DNA of 64,000 bases from positions 9,970,564-10,034,563 of the forward strand of contig CM082585.2 in assembly GCA_040954595.2 (NCBI GenBank), read 5' to 3'. The stretch comes from Balanoglossus misakiensis. Lineage: Eukaryota; Animalia; Hemichordata. Positions 51,036-64,000 of the stretch are shown here, in pieces (the stretch's first letter is position 1; each line of letters opens with the position of its first letter). A program made the translations under genes and the position numbers. A model generated the notes under the pieces. That model saw only the letters and a list, made by a program, of their open reading frames with translations. It was not told where the DNA came from and made no database searches.

Positions 51036-54000
51036 ATGGCCAAAGTGACCATGGCAAAGAAAACATTTCGTCTGAGTCCTAATGAAGAGGCAGCAATCAT
51101 CAAGAAAGAGAAAGAAAGGAGAAGAAAATTGAGACTGCAACAGGTACAGTGACTGAGAGAATATGCAATCTGATTAAAATCAGATGTAGAGTTGGCTTGA
51201 TCTTTTGTTGTATGTTATACGATGAGATTTTATATGCAGAGAAATTATGTGAATTATTTGCTATTGATATTTAAAGGATACCATGAAACTTCAGAGGGTG
51301 AAATTTTTTTTTCAGGTTCGGGAGCAAGAGAAAGCATTTGCGCAAAAGCTGAGAAAACATGCCAAAGATAAGAGAGAGCAGGAAGTGAAAATCTTGGCGG
51401 AAAATCTTCAGAAAAACTGGGTGAATGATCAGATCAACACCGAGAAGGGATTGGAGCGGTTGTACGAGAAAAGTCTGAACAATGTCGGGGAAGGTCACAG
51501 AGCTGCTGATGAACAGGTGAGTGAGTCCAAAGTGTCTGTGTCAGTGAAAATGTTACGTGTAGAAAGGAAGAAATACATGCAAAGCTTTGCAGCAATATTT
51601 TTTCTCTTTCTCAACATTTCTTAAAATTTATCATTCAGGAAACTGAAGAGAGACAGGAGATGAAATTTGCCATTGCTCTGCAAAATGAAAAGGTAGCCAT
51701 TGAGAGGCACAACAATGCACTGAAAGAACTTCAACTGACGAAAAACGAACAGTTCCAGAAAGAAAATGCTCATTTACTGGCAAGGTTTGTTGAATGAGTT
51801 CTATCCATTCCTTGATTTATTATTCCGGAGAGACTTCTAAATTTGCTCTTTATGTGGCTGTGCATCCAAATACATCGATCAGGCATGCTTTGATTTCATT
51901 CAAAGTAGCTACAAGAACAGTGAACTGTTATGTACATTTGCATATCAAATTGCTTTGTGATATGATCCAGTGGGGCCCAAGGTGGCCAAAAGACAATCTA
52001 TCATTATGCATTTTGACAACTTGAATTATATTTTTTGCTGCATCTCTTGCAGGAAAAACGCTCTAGAAGTAGAACGCGCCAGAGCTGCAGCCATTGCTAG
52101 TCTGCCTCCTCCGCCTGAAGATCCTCTGGAAGTATGTACTCTACTGTGTCTTAGATATGTGATGGCAAAAAATCAGTGGCACATGCAAAGTACAAATGTT
52201 TTGGGAAACCACTGGGAATGTTTTTGTGTCCATACAATAAGCTGTGATTTTATTCGAGTACAATTAGACTTCTCTATTTTATAACTAAGAAATCAAAAAT
52301 TCTACTTTGATGTCAGAAACTAGTAAAGGAAGAAGCCACCCCACCAGTGAAGCTGACCAGTGCAGATGGATTCTCCACCACACTCTATCATCTTCCAAGT
52401 GGGTATGTGGAGAAAGCTGAACCTCATGAACAGGTGAGAAATTAACCCTTTCTCCCTGAGTTACCCCTTTAGAGGTCCAATCTTACAATAGAAAACTCTG
52501 GGTTTGGACTGAACCATGGGCAAGGTTTTATAAAGATGACAGTTTGGGTTTCTAGCAGTTCTCAGTGTTTAGATGTCGCATTGTTAAACATCTGTTTCTC
52601 ATTACTCACTGACTGACTGACTGACTCACTCACTTACTCACTCAGGGTGATGCCAAGAAAGCTGCGGAGGAAGAAGAGGAGAGGATGAAAGAGGAGGCAG
52701 CGGAGATGGCCAGAGAAGCCAAGGAATGCCAGGAGAAGGCCATCCTCCGGCACAAACACGCCAAGGAGAAAGTCGACCTGGAACAAGACTTCAACCAGCT
52801 GATGGTTGATCTGGGACATCTTGAGCAGGTCGATCGACGCAGAAGACAGAAAGTGCTGAATAGGATCCCGGTGAGTTTATCTCCTTTGTTTTCGCCCACC
52901 ATATAGCGCAGAGTTTGAATCGCTGTTGTTCTGTGTCTTCATTCGCATAAAACCCACTTTCGTCGTTTTCAGTACAAGGTGTTCCAGCCACCACACAGGA
53001 GAATGGAAGAAAGAGCAGACGTACAACAAGACATGGAGCAAGCATTTGAAGATATGTACATGGCAAAGACTGGTCAGTAGACAAAAATCATATATTTGAG
53101 TTATGAATGACCAGATATTAATGTTGTTTGCCTTGTACATGCTGTGCTATATACTTTACATGCACATCAGATGATCTTGGTTGTTTTTAATAATGAAAGC
53201 GAGTTTTTCTTCAGATTATAGTGGTGACCTCACCCTGGCATTGGAACCCAAGGCTCCAGGGACAGACCCAGCACTGGATTTGACAGCAGACTCTGAACAG
53301 CTGGAGAAAATCATGACACCCATTGGGTCTCCCAAGAAGGCTGATTTTCCTGTCGGTTTGGATAAAGATGTCACAGAGGATTTACCAGGGGCTCTGGGGG
53401 AATCGAAGAAGGGGGAGTCGTCTGACGCAGATCCTAAAAGAGGTTGGTCAGGATTTATTTTTGACATAAAAAAAATCAGGGGTTGGCAAGGATATGCTAA
53501 ACTTAATACTATTAGCAGATTGTGGGATCAAGACCCATATAATGTCAAAATATGAGGACTTTAGCTTTCCGAAATCTTACTGACTCCCTATTCCATGACT
53601 CTCTCTAGAATCACTTCGAAAACTGATGACTAAAATCAAGACACAGAGAGAGGAATGGGTGCAGAAATCTATGCAAGAATCCGTGGAAGTAGCTGTGGAC
53701 AGGAGGCCTGATGATGTCATGCCAACAGGTGACAGACACACAGACGCAGAGAAACCAGAAAGAGAAGAAGGTACTAGTATATTGTTGGCACTTGTGGTCC
53801 ACGCTCAAATTTTCATTCAGTGCATATGACACTGACCACTATGGCCACTGTAGAAAACTATTCATGGTTTGAAATTTCATTTGCATAGATGCCTGGGCAG
53901 AGAGGGTCAGCAGGCCACAAGACCAGCCACCACCACCACCACCTACAGCAGACAGCCATCTACCACCAATGGTTCCACAACCGCAACCCATTGGCACCAC

Positions 54001-57000
54001 GCCACCTTCCGTTCCAGATGAACCCATCCTGGCTGGCAGCAGCACCACATTGCTGCATCCGTATGAACAGGCTAGTCTGATCAGGTCAAAACAGGTATGC
54101 ATAGGATGTGTGTGTCTGCCGTTAAATGTATACAATCACATCTAATTTAGATCACCCTGGACAAATGTTGGCATGTTGTTTTTCTTAATAAACATTGTGA
54201 GTAAGATTAACTGATTTTTGATTTTTTTAAATTTTAGATGATTGAGTTGGAACAGAGGCAGGAAGAGCAGAGAAGATTGATGGAGATCCAGGAACAGCAA
54301 AGACGACAACTGGAAGACGAGATCCGCAAAGATCAACTCGCTCAGCAGGAACTCCGACTGATGCTGGAAGAGAACAGACGGAAGATTCTGGAGAGCAAAG
54401 AACGACTGACCTCGCAGCTGGCCGCACAGCCACTCTCCAGCAGCCAATCGGACGCTCTAAGAAGAAGCGCTGAGAGCGAACAGAAGCGACTGATCCGCGA
54501 ACACCAGCAGAAGTTGCTGCAGCAGCAGAGGCTGGGAAGACAAGGGATCACCGAAGCCAAGGCGAGACTGCAGAGCAGCAGAAATGCTCTGATGCAGAGG
54601 TATCCCGATATCCGACTTCCGACCGAGCCGGAGCAGTCTGGACTAGATCAGCATCCTTATATGAGTGGATATTTCCCCCCTCCTATGCCCCCTCCGATGG
54701 GGTATATTCCCCCTCCCCCGCAGTATCCAACACTGCAGCCACAGCCAGGGTTCTTTCAACCACCGGCAGCGTCCCTCTACCAAACACCATCATCAGCACC
54801 GAGCCAGTTACCTCAAGTGCCTGTGCTCCCTCCAAGGGGTGTACCAGCAGAAGTTGTACCCAGTCAGCTGCCTCATCCCAGGCAGACTCCAGATGCCAGC
54901 GTTGAACCTGAAAAGCTCAAGCCTGATGGCTATGAGCCTCCTGTAGACACACAAGCACCTGACACAGCAGAGGACGACCTCGCCGCTGAGCACGACATCT
55001 CTCTCTCCACCCACGGCGTCCGGTCGCAGGGAATACACGCCAAGCGACAGGAGCAGCTGGCAAAGCAGAAGGAGTTTCTGGAAAAGCAGCGAGAGGACCT
55101 CCTGAGGCAGCAGGCGGAGCAGCAGAGGAAGATGAGCGAGAGACAGCAACAGCTGCAGCAGGAAATCAACCGGCAGCAGCTGGAGCTGCAGCAGGCGCAG
55201 AGGGCGTCCAGGGAGTCCGATGACGCGAAGGCGGTCAAGAGCAAAGCGGTCAGAGGGCCACCACCAGTACAGAGACTTCCTCCCAGCGAGAGCGTCCACC
55301 CTCATGAGCTGAGCACCATCGACGAAGCCGACATATCCAGGGACTCTGAGGGTAGACCTGCCTCACGTCAAGACATTGAACCAGGAACCGCCCCTGAGCA
55401 ACCAGCAACAGCAGCAAGGGCAGGTGTGCCAAGCTTTGCCCAAGATGTGGGCAGGGGAGTCCTGTCTTATCCGTCATACACTGTAAGCACTGACTAAGCA
55501 ACTTTCACTCATTCATCACCATGGTTCATTCCAAACCCATTGTTTTCTATGCTAAGGTGTATATAGGGAACTGGGGGTGAAAGGTTTCATGTCTATTAAT
55601 AACATTTTATAATTATTTGTTCTTGTTTTACAGAGAGCACCCTCGTCCTCAAAGGATACTGGATCGACAGATCTCATTGTGAAGACAGATGGACGATTCA
55701 CGTTCTCATCATTCCAGCCACCTCTCTTCCCCAGAGCACCGCAGGATGATTCTGTGTCGAGTGGAAGCATTGTTTCGGACAGCATCACATCTGGTGAGAT
55801 TGAGGCCACACCTCTGTACCCGTCGAGCTCTGCCAAGGCCACAGCGTTGTCAGGGCAACTGCCTCCGCATCGAGAAGAGAGCGAGGAAAACAGAAGGTTT
55901 CCCAGGGAACCGCTCGGCAGGGATCTGTCCCTTGGCGATTCCAAGCCCCTGGATCCCATCTTCTTCCAGCGGTCGAAAGCCTTCAGCAGCGACTCAGACA
56001 CCTCTCCGGAGAACGGCAAGTTCTTTCCGTTGCCCAAGTCCAGCGGCAGCACCAACGAGAGCGAAAGCCAGGAGAAAAGGGGTGCCGCTGTAACAACAGC
56101 ATCAACAGTGGCCGTGGGAACGAAACTGAAAGACCGAATGCTGAAGAGCATGCCCACGCTGTCTTCCTCTGACGAAGAAACCGGCACGAAGTCCAGGTTC
56201 GATAGCTTGATCCGATCTTCGGACAGAAGCGATGAATCCGACGGGAGCTTTCGACCGCTTCCGGAGGCGCTTTCGGATTACAGTTTATCCACGCACGGAC
56301 ACCCATCACCTCTGAAGACCCTGATGTCTCTCGAGAGGCAGACGCTGGACAGCACAGCCAGCTCGTCACCGCAAAAGAGTCTGACCTACAGCCCCTCAAA
56401 GAGGAGACCCATATACACTGCCTCCTCCCTGGGCGACACCCTCTCAGAACATAGCCTTCCAACCCAGGACAGCTACAGATTCTCGCCTTCCAAATCTAGA
56501 ACCGGAGATACCACGCTGTCGGATGTCAGGTCCCTGGAGTGGCGCGGGAGATCTTCCGATCCCAGCCGGAGTCGCCTGGAGAGCGGCTTCGGCAGTTTCA
56601 AGTGGAAGGACGCCCTGAAGGGGGAGAGCACGTTCTCGCCGGAGCCAAGTACGTCCCTCGTCAAGGAGAGCAGTCCCCCAGGAAGATTCCGGGGCACACT
56701 GTCGATGTCTCCCATGAAAGACAGAGAAGACTTCAAACCGCCCCAGGCGTCGCCGTCCACGCCAGAACACGAAGAAACCAAGTTCACTGAATTTGCGTCT
56801 CCCGCCAAGAGCAAGGGACGTGACGACAAGGTCCAGTCAAGGATCGCTGGCAGTCAGAAAGACAGCGCACAGAGTGGGGAAATCATCATAGAAAAACCAA
56901 CTGCTGTCTGGGAGTACGTGTCTTCCGACGATGACATTGAAGATTTACGTGGGAATGCATCGCAGGTTTCCAGCCTCCCTCTTGCCTCTGACGCCTCCGT

Positions 57001-58805
57001 TCTCAGCCAGCAACTGCTCACCGAGACGGAAGGTAGCATCTCCAGCTATGCTGTGAAGGACTCCCCCTTGCCGGCATACATGCAGCTGCACAGCCCCATC
57101 AAGCCGAGCTTGGACGCCCTGGAGCCTGTGAGACAGAGCCCGATGAAGGAAGGGGGTTACCTCCAACGCTCGCAGCGCATTCCTGGAAACGTGAATGAAT
57201 ACGCAGAAGGCCATCGTGGTGACCTGACCGAAGCGCCGGTGATCTTCAGTGGCGTCAGCGACGTCCAAGGTCTGGAGTCGTCCGATGCAGAGTCTCAAGA
57301 GGGCGGTGCTGCCGTTACTAGATACGACCGGCTGATCGAAGAATCGAGAAGACTCCGAGAAAAACACAAGAGACAGGAAGAAGATGAGAAAAGGAGGCTT
57401 GACATGCTGAGCATTAGATATCAGGAAATGAAAGAGGCACTTGAACAGCCTGTGGCCCCAGAAGAAGAAATGAGAGATGAGGTAAGATGGTTTACCACAG
57501 CAAAATTTTTATTTTACCAAAGTTTGTTGTATATTTTTCATAGATATGTTAAACATGTACACATGTAGACGTCATATCATCAATGTTTCCATGGAAATCA
57601 AACTTTAATTTATACTCCTTCCAGGATGACAGCCAAGAAAGTGGAATCTTGGAGGAGCCAGATCTGACCCTGGTTTCCATAGAAACAAGCTCCATCGCCA
57701 GTGGGGAAGACGTGGCAGAATCTCTGGTGTCATTCGAACAGCACGAAAACCTTCTGGCTGGGGAGAGTCTGATGATGAAAGAGTGTAGAGATTATGATAC
57801 AATATCCAGCGGTACGATCGGTGATTCTCCTGTCTCCGTGGGAACCAGTGAAAGTGGTACCATCATTCCGTTTGGGGTACCAAATACGAAAGGTACTACT
57901 AATCTTTATGCTATGTCTCTGATAATCTAACACTCAGATGACAGTTGTCTGTGAGCATGTGCGATTACAGCTGGTGAATTGTGTGAATTTTCAAGTACTT
58001 TGTTTTATTTACTCCCACAATAGACTCCGAGAACGTGAGTTTGCAGGAGGCATTCCTGAGAAAAAAGCAAGCATTTATCGAGGCTTCAAAGAAGAGAGAA
58101 GAAGAGGCCAAAGTGAAGGCCAAACAGAAGTCTCACGAAGTTGAAATCAAAGGTCTCAAGAAAACCACTAAAATTTCAGGTAAATGAAAAAATGCTTTTC
58201 ATCAAGTCCTTTTGGTGTCTTTTTTTTATAAGGATGTATGTAAGTTTTCAGGTTGATCTGTCTGTATTCTGCCATTGACCAGCTAAAGGACCATGAATTA
58301 TCGTTCTTTTATTTTTCTCTCCTCCAGGGCAAGATGATAAACAGGAAAGTTATGATGCTAGCAGTGAAGGCAAGAAGAAGTCTGTCACATTCTCGCCCGC
58401 GCCAGAGATTCTCTCCAAACCCCACGTCTCGCCTGTCAAGAAAACGATAAAGGCCGCCATGAAGACCAAGAACTCGGCAGACAGAAAGCAGGATGAACAA
58501 GAAATGAAACAAAGAAATCTCAGGTGAAAATAAGTTTCACAGTGACTTTGTGATCTTGAATATGTGTGAATGGGCTAGCCATGGAGGGTAACCCCCAAAA
58601 TACTTTGCTTTGCCTCTTTGTTAATTTTGCAAATTGTCTTTTTTTCATCTTAAACAGACTTTACAGTCAGTTGGAAGAAGTCAAAGAAAGGAAAGTGATT
58701 GCAGAAAGGAAAGAAAGCTACGCCAGCAACCGAGAAAAGGCCAAAGAATTCCAAAAGAAGACATTAGAAATGTTAAAAAAGAAATCAACAAAAGTTAAAA
58801 AGTAG
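51036..58805 (+). CDS. CEP295: Centrosomal protein of 295 kDa (KIAA1731/Ana1 ortholog)
   Basis: N-terminal RLSPNEEAAIIKKEKERRRKLRLQQVREQE...LYEKSLNNVGEGHRAADE is the CEP295 signature. Two giant internal exons, 54238-55482 and 55634-57481, are joined in phase 0. C-terminal ALMS motif SLQEAFLRKKQAFIEASKKR...RNLRLYSQLEEVKERK...YASNREKAKEFQKKTLEML. Confidence 0.92.
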
Positions 58806-59264
58806 TTTCTGCAAGAAAGGTGTATATACTAGTTTATTTTTAAATCATTTGAAGCTTTGTATTTATCCTAACTTTGTTGTCTGTCCCCTTTTTCTGTAGC
58901 AGTGTTACTGTACTAACCTCAAGATGTTTCAGAAATCTTATTTTTAACATTGATATTATTATGAAATATAGATATCTTTATATATGGATATGAAATGTGA
59001 TTATGGAAGAATACAGAGGAATTTATTAGATGTAGGCTTATAAATTACGTGATAATAAAAGTGAAAGATGATTTTATGTGAAGTTGTGTGTTGCTCATTT
59101 TGCTCGTAGGAGTGCAGTACATAAGATCGGAAAAACCTTGTGTTCCGGACTGAATCCGAGTTTAATACTCTATATCTTGTGGAAGGTGTACATAAATTTC
59201 GAGTCTTGTCTTGAAATAAACGGCAGAAAATTGTCTCTTGAAACTAAACTAACAAAATCATTTG

Positions 59265-60443
59265 CTACTTGTTAATGTTCCGAACAATTCTCCTGCAATG
59301 TGTACTTTTCATTTCTGTTAAGGCGCCCTCTAAAGTCTGAGTCAAGTGTATTAAATTGACCGGGTCTGTCTGGAGAACTTTGACTTGTTTGTCTCCCGAG
59401 TCTTCTGTGTGTAACTTCATGGTGACCAGTGGGTGGATTTGGTGCCTCAGTGATCTACTTGCCAACTGCAATAATAAAAAATAATAAAGTAGCTGATTTA
59501 AGTTGGTGGAAAACCACGGGCTGTCAGAAAGAAAGTAATTTCCATGGCTTTGGTAGTAGACGTGATCTTAAAATACACACCTGGACATCAAGCCTCCATT
59601 CTAAATTGTGGTAGTGTGGCAAGTCCATGGACATTTTAGAGAGAATTTCACAAATTTCTTTTCTGTTTTCTAAGTACAGTTGTAGAAGTGCTTGTTTCAG
59701 TTCTTCATTGAATCCTAGAGTCATTATGGAATCTTGGAAATCTATCTCTGAAATCTGAAGCAAAGTTACACAGCATTATATTTGCATCATTCATGGCCAT
59801 TATCACATATAAATTTTCTAACCTGAATACAGTATTCATGGATCTTTATATCAAATCTCAAATGAACAGTGAAGACAGATAGTTTACCATCAATTTTGCA
59901 GATTCTGTCAACAAGTACATCAACCCTTCCACTCCGTGCTGCACTGTGTCTACTTTGACTTCAAGTTTTTCTGTAAGAAAGAAAATATTGATTTGGTTCA
60001 GATAGCCAGTAAATTGTGTTGTTAAAAGACACACCAGGCACAAACAAAAGCTCATACCCTGGCTCGATTCAAGAGTTAATTTTTGCTCTAAAACTAATGT
60101 TCATTCAAATACAGAACTTACGGGCAGCTGACTGGTACACCTTCGGATTTGCACCTTTCCTGATAAATTCCATGGCAATTTTACAGAACTCCTTGACAAC
60201 TGTGGAAAGATCATAGACAGATAAGAATGCGATATACAGTGTACTACAACAGAAAATGATATTTGTAATAATATGTCAAAATCACATTCCCACTTCCGGG
60301 TTCCTACATGTCCCTCAACTCCATGTACATGCACTGAAAAGTAAAACAAAATCCCCAGTTTCTCTCATGAACTCACCATCTAAATCCACATCAGTTAAGA
60401 AATTCAAGTGCTCCTTATGTTCGTCTTCAAGTAACAGAAGCAT
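59265..60443 (-). CDS. COMMD2: COMM domain-containing protein 2
   Basis: Exons (-) 60443-60377, 60199-60122, 59970-59888, 59754-59581, 59465-59265 give MLLLLEDEHKEHLNFL...VQHGVEGLMYLLTESAKLMISEIDFQDS...LPHYHNLEWRLDVQLASRSLRHQ...LQTDPVNLIHLTQTLEGALTEMKSTHCRRIVRNINK*. Confidence 0.96.
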
Positions 60444-60669
60444 GGTGGCTAGTTAGTTAACTGTTGAGGTAGTTCAGCGACCGGCGACCATAGATAAACG
60501 TGTAAACAAAAGAGGAGGTTCCCCCCAAGTAATAGAAGAGAACTACCGAACAAACAATGGGGTGTCCCGTTCGTTTGTTTATTATTTCCATTTACCAATG
60601 AAGAACGAGCAAGACGGAAGGCTATCTAGCTAAACATTTCGGCCAGTTTTATCTAAAACGCGTCTCATA
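60444..60669. promoter_or_regulatory. 226-bp bidirectional promoter region COMMD2/BRCC3
   Basis: Divergent ATGs separated by 226 bp; CCAAT at about 60595; ETS CCGGAAGT motifs in both first introns (about 60292 and 60789). Confidence 0.7.
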
Positions 60670-62176
60670 ATGGCAATTTCAGGAGTTCATCTCGAATCCG
60701 ATGCATACATGGTCTGTCTCACGCACGCCCTGTCAACGGAGAGAGAAGAAGTGATGGGTTTATGCATCGGAGAGGTAAATAAAGCAACCCGGAAGTGAAA
60801 TGGCGATTTCATCTTCATCCTGTTCTGTGTCCTGTAATTGTCTACATTATTTTCTCTTACTCAGATTGATGAACATAAAGTGGGCTACATTGTATCCGTT
60901 GTGATGTTGACAAGGTCGGATAAGCAACCAGACCGCGTCGAGATTTCACCAGAACAACTCTCGGCAGCAACTACAGAAGCTGAAATATCCTTTATGTGGT
61001 GAAGTGATATTAGTCATTTGCACAGCTTGTATAAATACTCAAGGTTTACATTGTATATTATAAAATTTGCAAACATTGACAGCAAGAAGTGCCTGGTATA
61101 CTTTTTCTTTAACTGTTTGCACAGATTAGCTGAACTACTGCAGAGGCCGTTGAGGGTAGTGGGATGGTATCATTCGCATCCACACATCACTGTGTGGCCA
61201 TCACACGTTGGTGAGTTGAATTCATGGACTGTAACCCATACCCTGTCAGTTGCATCAGTTTCAGAGAATTTATAGACACAAATAATCCTGACTCCTGAGT
61301 GCATATGATATATTATCATTATGATGTGTCTGACAGAATGTTCTCTTTTTATTTATACAGATGTTTTGACACAAGCAATGTACCAGAGATACATGGATGA
61401 GTGTTTCATTGGTTTGATATTTTCGTGCTTTAACAATGACAAGAAAACACAACGAGGCCGGATCCAGGTGACGTGCTTTCAAGCTATCAACCAGAGCCCA
61501 GAAGGAGAGGCACCAATGTATGTGAAACTTCTCAAACAATATTTCTGAGACACTTCTGTTGGGATTGTGGGTTTGATTAGAGATGTTATAATTAATTTGG
61601 TTGAATACACAATCGTACACACAAAATTACGCACAGGCACATAAGACGGTCTGGTCATCAACCTTTACACTTGTCCTGTCTGCAGGTATGAGAGACTAGA
61701 GATACCTTTGTATATCAAACCGAGGGCAGCTATGAGCAGACCGTGTCTCGATGCTTTAGTGAAGCTGCCAAGAATCCTATCTCAAGAAGAGCATGATGCG
61801 TACGAAAATACTTTTGAAAATGACAACATGGATCTGCTGACAAGAACGCACAATGGTGCTGGTAAGTGTTTAACCCTTTCATCAAAATAGTTTGGTCCTA
61901 ATTCATTCTTTTCTATGGACCTGTACAGAGGTGAAGGGGTGAAAGCGTTAAGGATATACATCCTTCAGTTTTGTGATCTTAGGTTGTGATGGTGTAACTC
62001 ATATGTCTGCTTTCACATATTTTCTTTCAGTATACACCAAATCTCTGAGTCATCTTATGGAAGTGATGAGTGGGCCACTCCTACAGAGTCTGGAAACTAG
62101 GCTTGAAAGAAACGAATTGAAGATGGAAGCTCTCCAGAAAGAAAAGGAAAAGCTATTAAAAGAACTGGAATCATGA
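60670..62176 (+). CDS. BRCC3: Lys-63-specific deubiquitinase BRCC36 (MPN+/JAMM)
   Basis: Exons 60670-60774, 60865-60984, 61123-61210, 61361-61517, 61686-61861, 62031-62176 give VHLESDAYMVCLTHALSTEREEVMGLCIGE...RSDKQPDRVEISPEQLSAATTEAERLAELLQRPLRVVGWYHSHPHITVWPSHVDV. The JAMM motif is intact. Confidence 0.97.
60985..61122 (+). other. U12-type (minor spliceosome) AT-AC intron
   Basis: 5' ATATCCTTT, branch-like TTCTTTAAC at 61105-61113, 3' ...TGCAC. Removing it restores the conserved EAE|RLAEL. Confidence 0.93.
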
Positions 62177-62655
62177 TTTTTTTTATCATAGCCATATGTA
62201 ATATATTGTGTAATTTTATATATTTTATGTATATACATATATAGGCTCTGATCATTTTGCATTATTTGCCTTTGTAAAAGTACTTTTTATTAAGTTTGAT
62301 AATATTACTTCAAAGCGGATAGATTTTAAGTCTGTAAAATTTAGACCCTGAAAAACGGCTTCAGTTAAATGGGAACGTTGGTACAGAATATTCATTAATT
62401 TCTACTAGCTTCAAATACACTTTGATTGCTCTAAAATAACTTGTATTCTATTTATGTTTGAATAAAAAATCCCATACCAGTATTGTGTTGTAGTGTAAAA
62501 TGAATCTTCTTTTGTGAGAATGTAGGTGTTTGTTTAAAAATGTGTGGTGGTGCTCACTGCATCGCTAAGTGGCTAAATCCCGCGAGATTTCAAAAGTTGT
62601 CTTCAAGGCCAACGCGACCTCGCTCGGGACGCGGACGTACGTACTCATCAGCGCT

Positions 62656-62668
62656 TGACCTTTGACCT
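62656..62668 (-). promoter_or_regulatory. Perfect DR1 nuclear-receptor-type element next to the TPP2 start
   Basis: TGACCTTTGACCT (AGGTCA-A-AGGTCA on minus), followed by YY1-type CAAGATGGCG overlapping the ATG. Confidence 0.5.
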
Positions 62669-62678
62669 CGCTGACAAG

Positions 62679-62840
62679 ATGGCGTCCTACGTGGACAAAG
62701 ATTTCCCTGTTCACGGTCTTCTGCCAAAGAAAGAAACTGGAGCCTCCTCTTTCCTCTCGAAGTATCCAGAATACGATGGACGAGGTGTGGTGATAGCAAT
62801 CTTGGATACAGGCGTCGATCCTGGTGCTCCGGGCCTACAG
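62679..62840 (+). CDS. TPP2: Tripeptidyl-peptidase II, first coding exon (gene continues beyond the window)
   Basis: [54 protein letters not shown]|GTAAGT, containing the subtilase Asp motif DTG. It matches the recalled TPP2 N-terminus. Confidence 0.95.
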
Positions 62841-64000
62841 GTAAGTTGATGATCGACAACATCTTCTCTGCTCAACAGCAGCTGTAGCGGTGTGCGGCCG
62901 CGGCGGCGTCCGTCGTTTTGACAACCTAATCGAGGCATTGTTTTTATTCAAAGTGGTTTGAATAAAGTGTGCTGAGTCATTGTCAAGTGCAATGATATTG
63001 CTTTTCAGCGTAAACCGGTTTCTCCGAATAAGAGACGCTGCCAATGTGAATAAATACACATTGAAAGCTTTTTTTCCCTTTCTCCCTACAATCGCTTTCA
63101 CCGGTTTGAAATGTACATGTACTTTCAGTTTCATTGTCATAAATTATTCATGTATAACTTGTGATAATTTGCAAGTTTGAAGTTTACAATTGTAATATCA
63201 TAGCACTGTTCAGAATCGCGAATACTAGTACATCAAATTATTTATGGAGTTTTACGATCCATTAAAGGCATAACACCATCCATACATGATGTAAGCTGTA
63301 ACGGGGCACCAAAGAGTTTGTTCTCAACTTTTTGCTAATGTCAATCAAGATAATAATATTGTTACAAATATGTGTTTAAAATTCTGTGAATTGATTGTAA
63401 CTGCGATGAAACCATTAAAGGGCGTAATAAAATGAAATAGTACTTTTGTATGACTCAGCTTTATGATGACACAGAATTGATTTCATGACAGCTATCTTGC
63501 AGTTGCAGAAAATATTTTAGTCCCATGGCACATTGAAATGCTTGGTATTTGCTCTGGCAAGATAGCTTGTAAAAACTGTAGAATACCTTTTTTGGTGTTG
63601 GAATGTATTTATTTAGCTGAACACACTTTTCTAGTAAAATAAAAATACCCGTGAAAATTCTCATTTCTTGTTCTGTGCACATACATGACATCAGCAAGAA
63701 ACAGCGAAACATCTATCACAGTGAAAGTCTAAATTTTTCTTTTCAGCAAAAATAAATTCCAGTGAAAACAAAGTATTCTACAATAGATGTAAGAGGCATT
63801 GTTGCTGTTGACAGTACTTGTGAAAGTGCTGTAGACAGAATTACATAACAGTGCTGACTATGCATGTGCATGTATACAGGATACAAGTTGTTGAAATGCA
63901 TAATTATAGAGGTGGTGTCACACCTTTTATAGAGAGTCAAGCCAGAAGCATATTCATGAGCACAGACATTACCATATAGAAGGTTTACTCAAAAATTTCC

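Noticed and set aside
54238-57568. 419-aa and 629-aa ORFs as separate genes or transposon ORFs
   Set aside because: They are large internal CEP295 exons joined by a phase-0 GT-AG intron (55483-55633). The overlapping minus-strand ORFs are shadows.

Overview
Gene-dense, intron-rich animal genomic DNA. It looks like an invertebrate deuterostome such as a hemichordate or amphioxus, which is an inference from protein similarity and gene structure. In order, the window holds: a 22-bp intronic minisatellite; the 3' end of KDM6A/UTX (+); a compact stand-alone ZAR1-like zf-3CxxC gene (+); a 17-exon secreted arylsulfatase-B-like gene with an intact frame but most catalytic residues replaced (+); DNAJC3 (-) head-to-head with DZIP1 (+), with a perfect ERSE between them; the 58-aa microprotein SMCO4 (-), absent from the ORF track, head-to-head with CEP295 (+); COMMD2 (-) head-to-head with BRCC3 (+), which carries a U12 AT-AC intron; and exon 1 of TPP2 (+). 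Several MITE families (Tc2/pogo-like, Kolobok-like, piggyBac-like) sit in introns and UTRs. The best novelty candidates are the secreted pseudo-sulfatase with a His/Gly- and Ser/Glu-rich N-terminal arm and the minimal ZAR1-like protein. Exon models were assembled by hand from splice signals and frame continuity. Orthology calls rest on remembered human sequences, not database searches.
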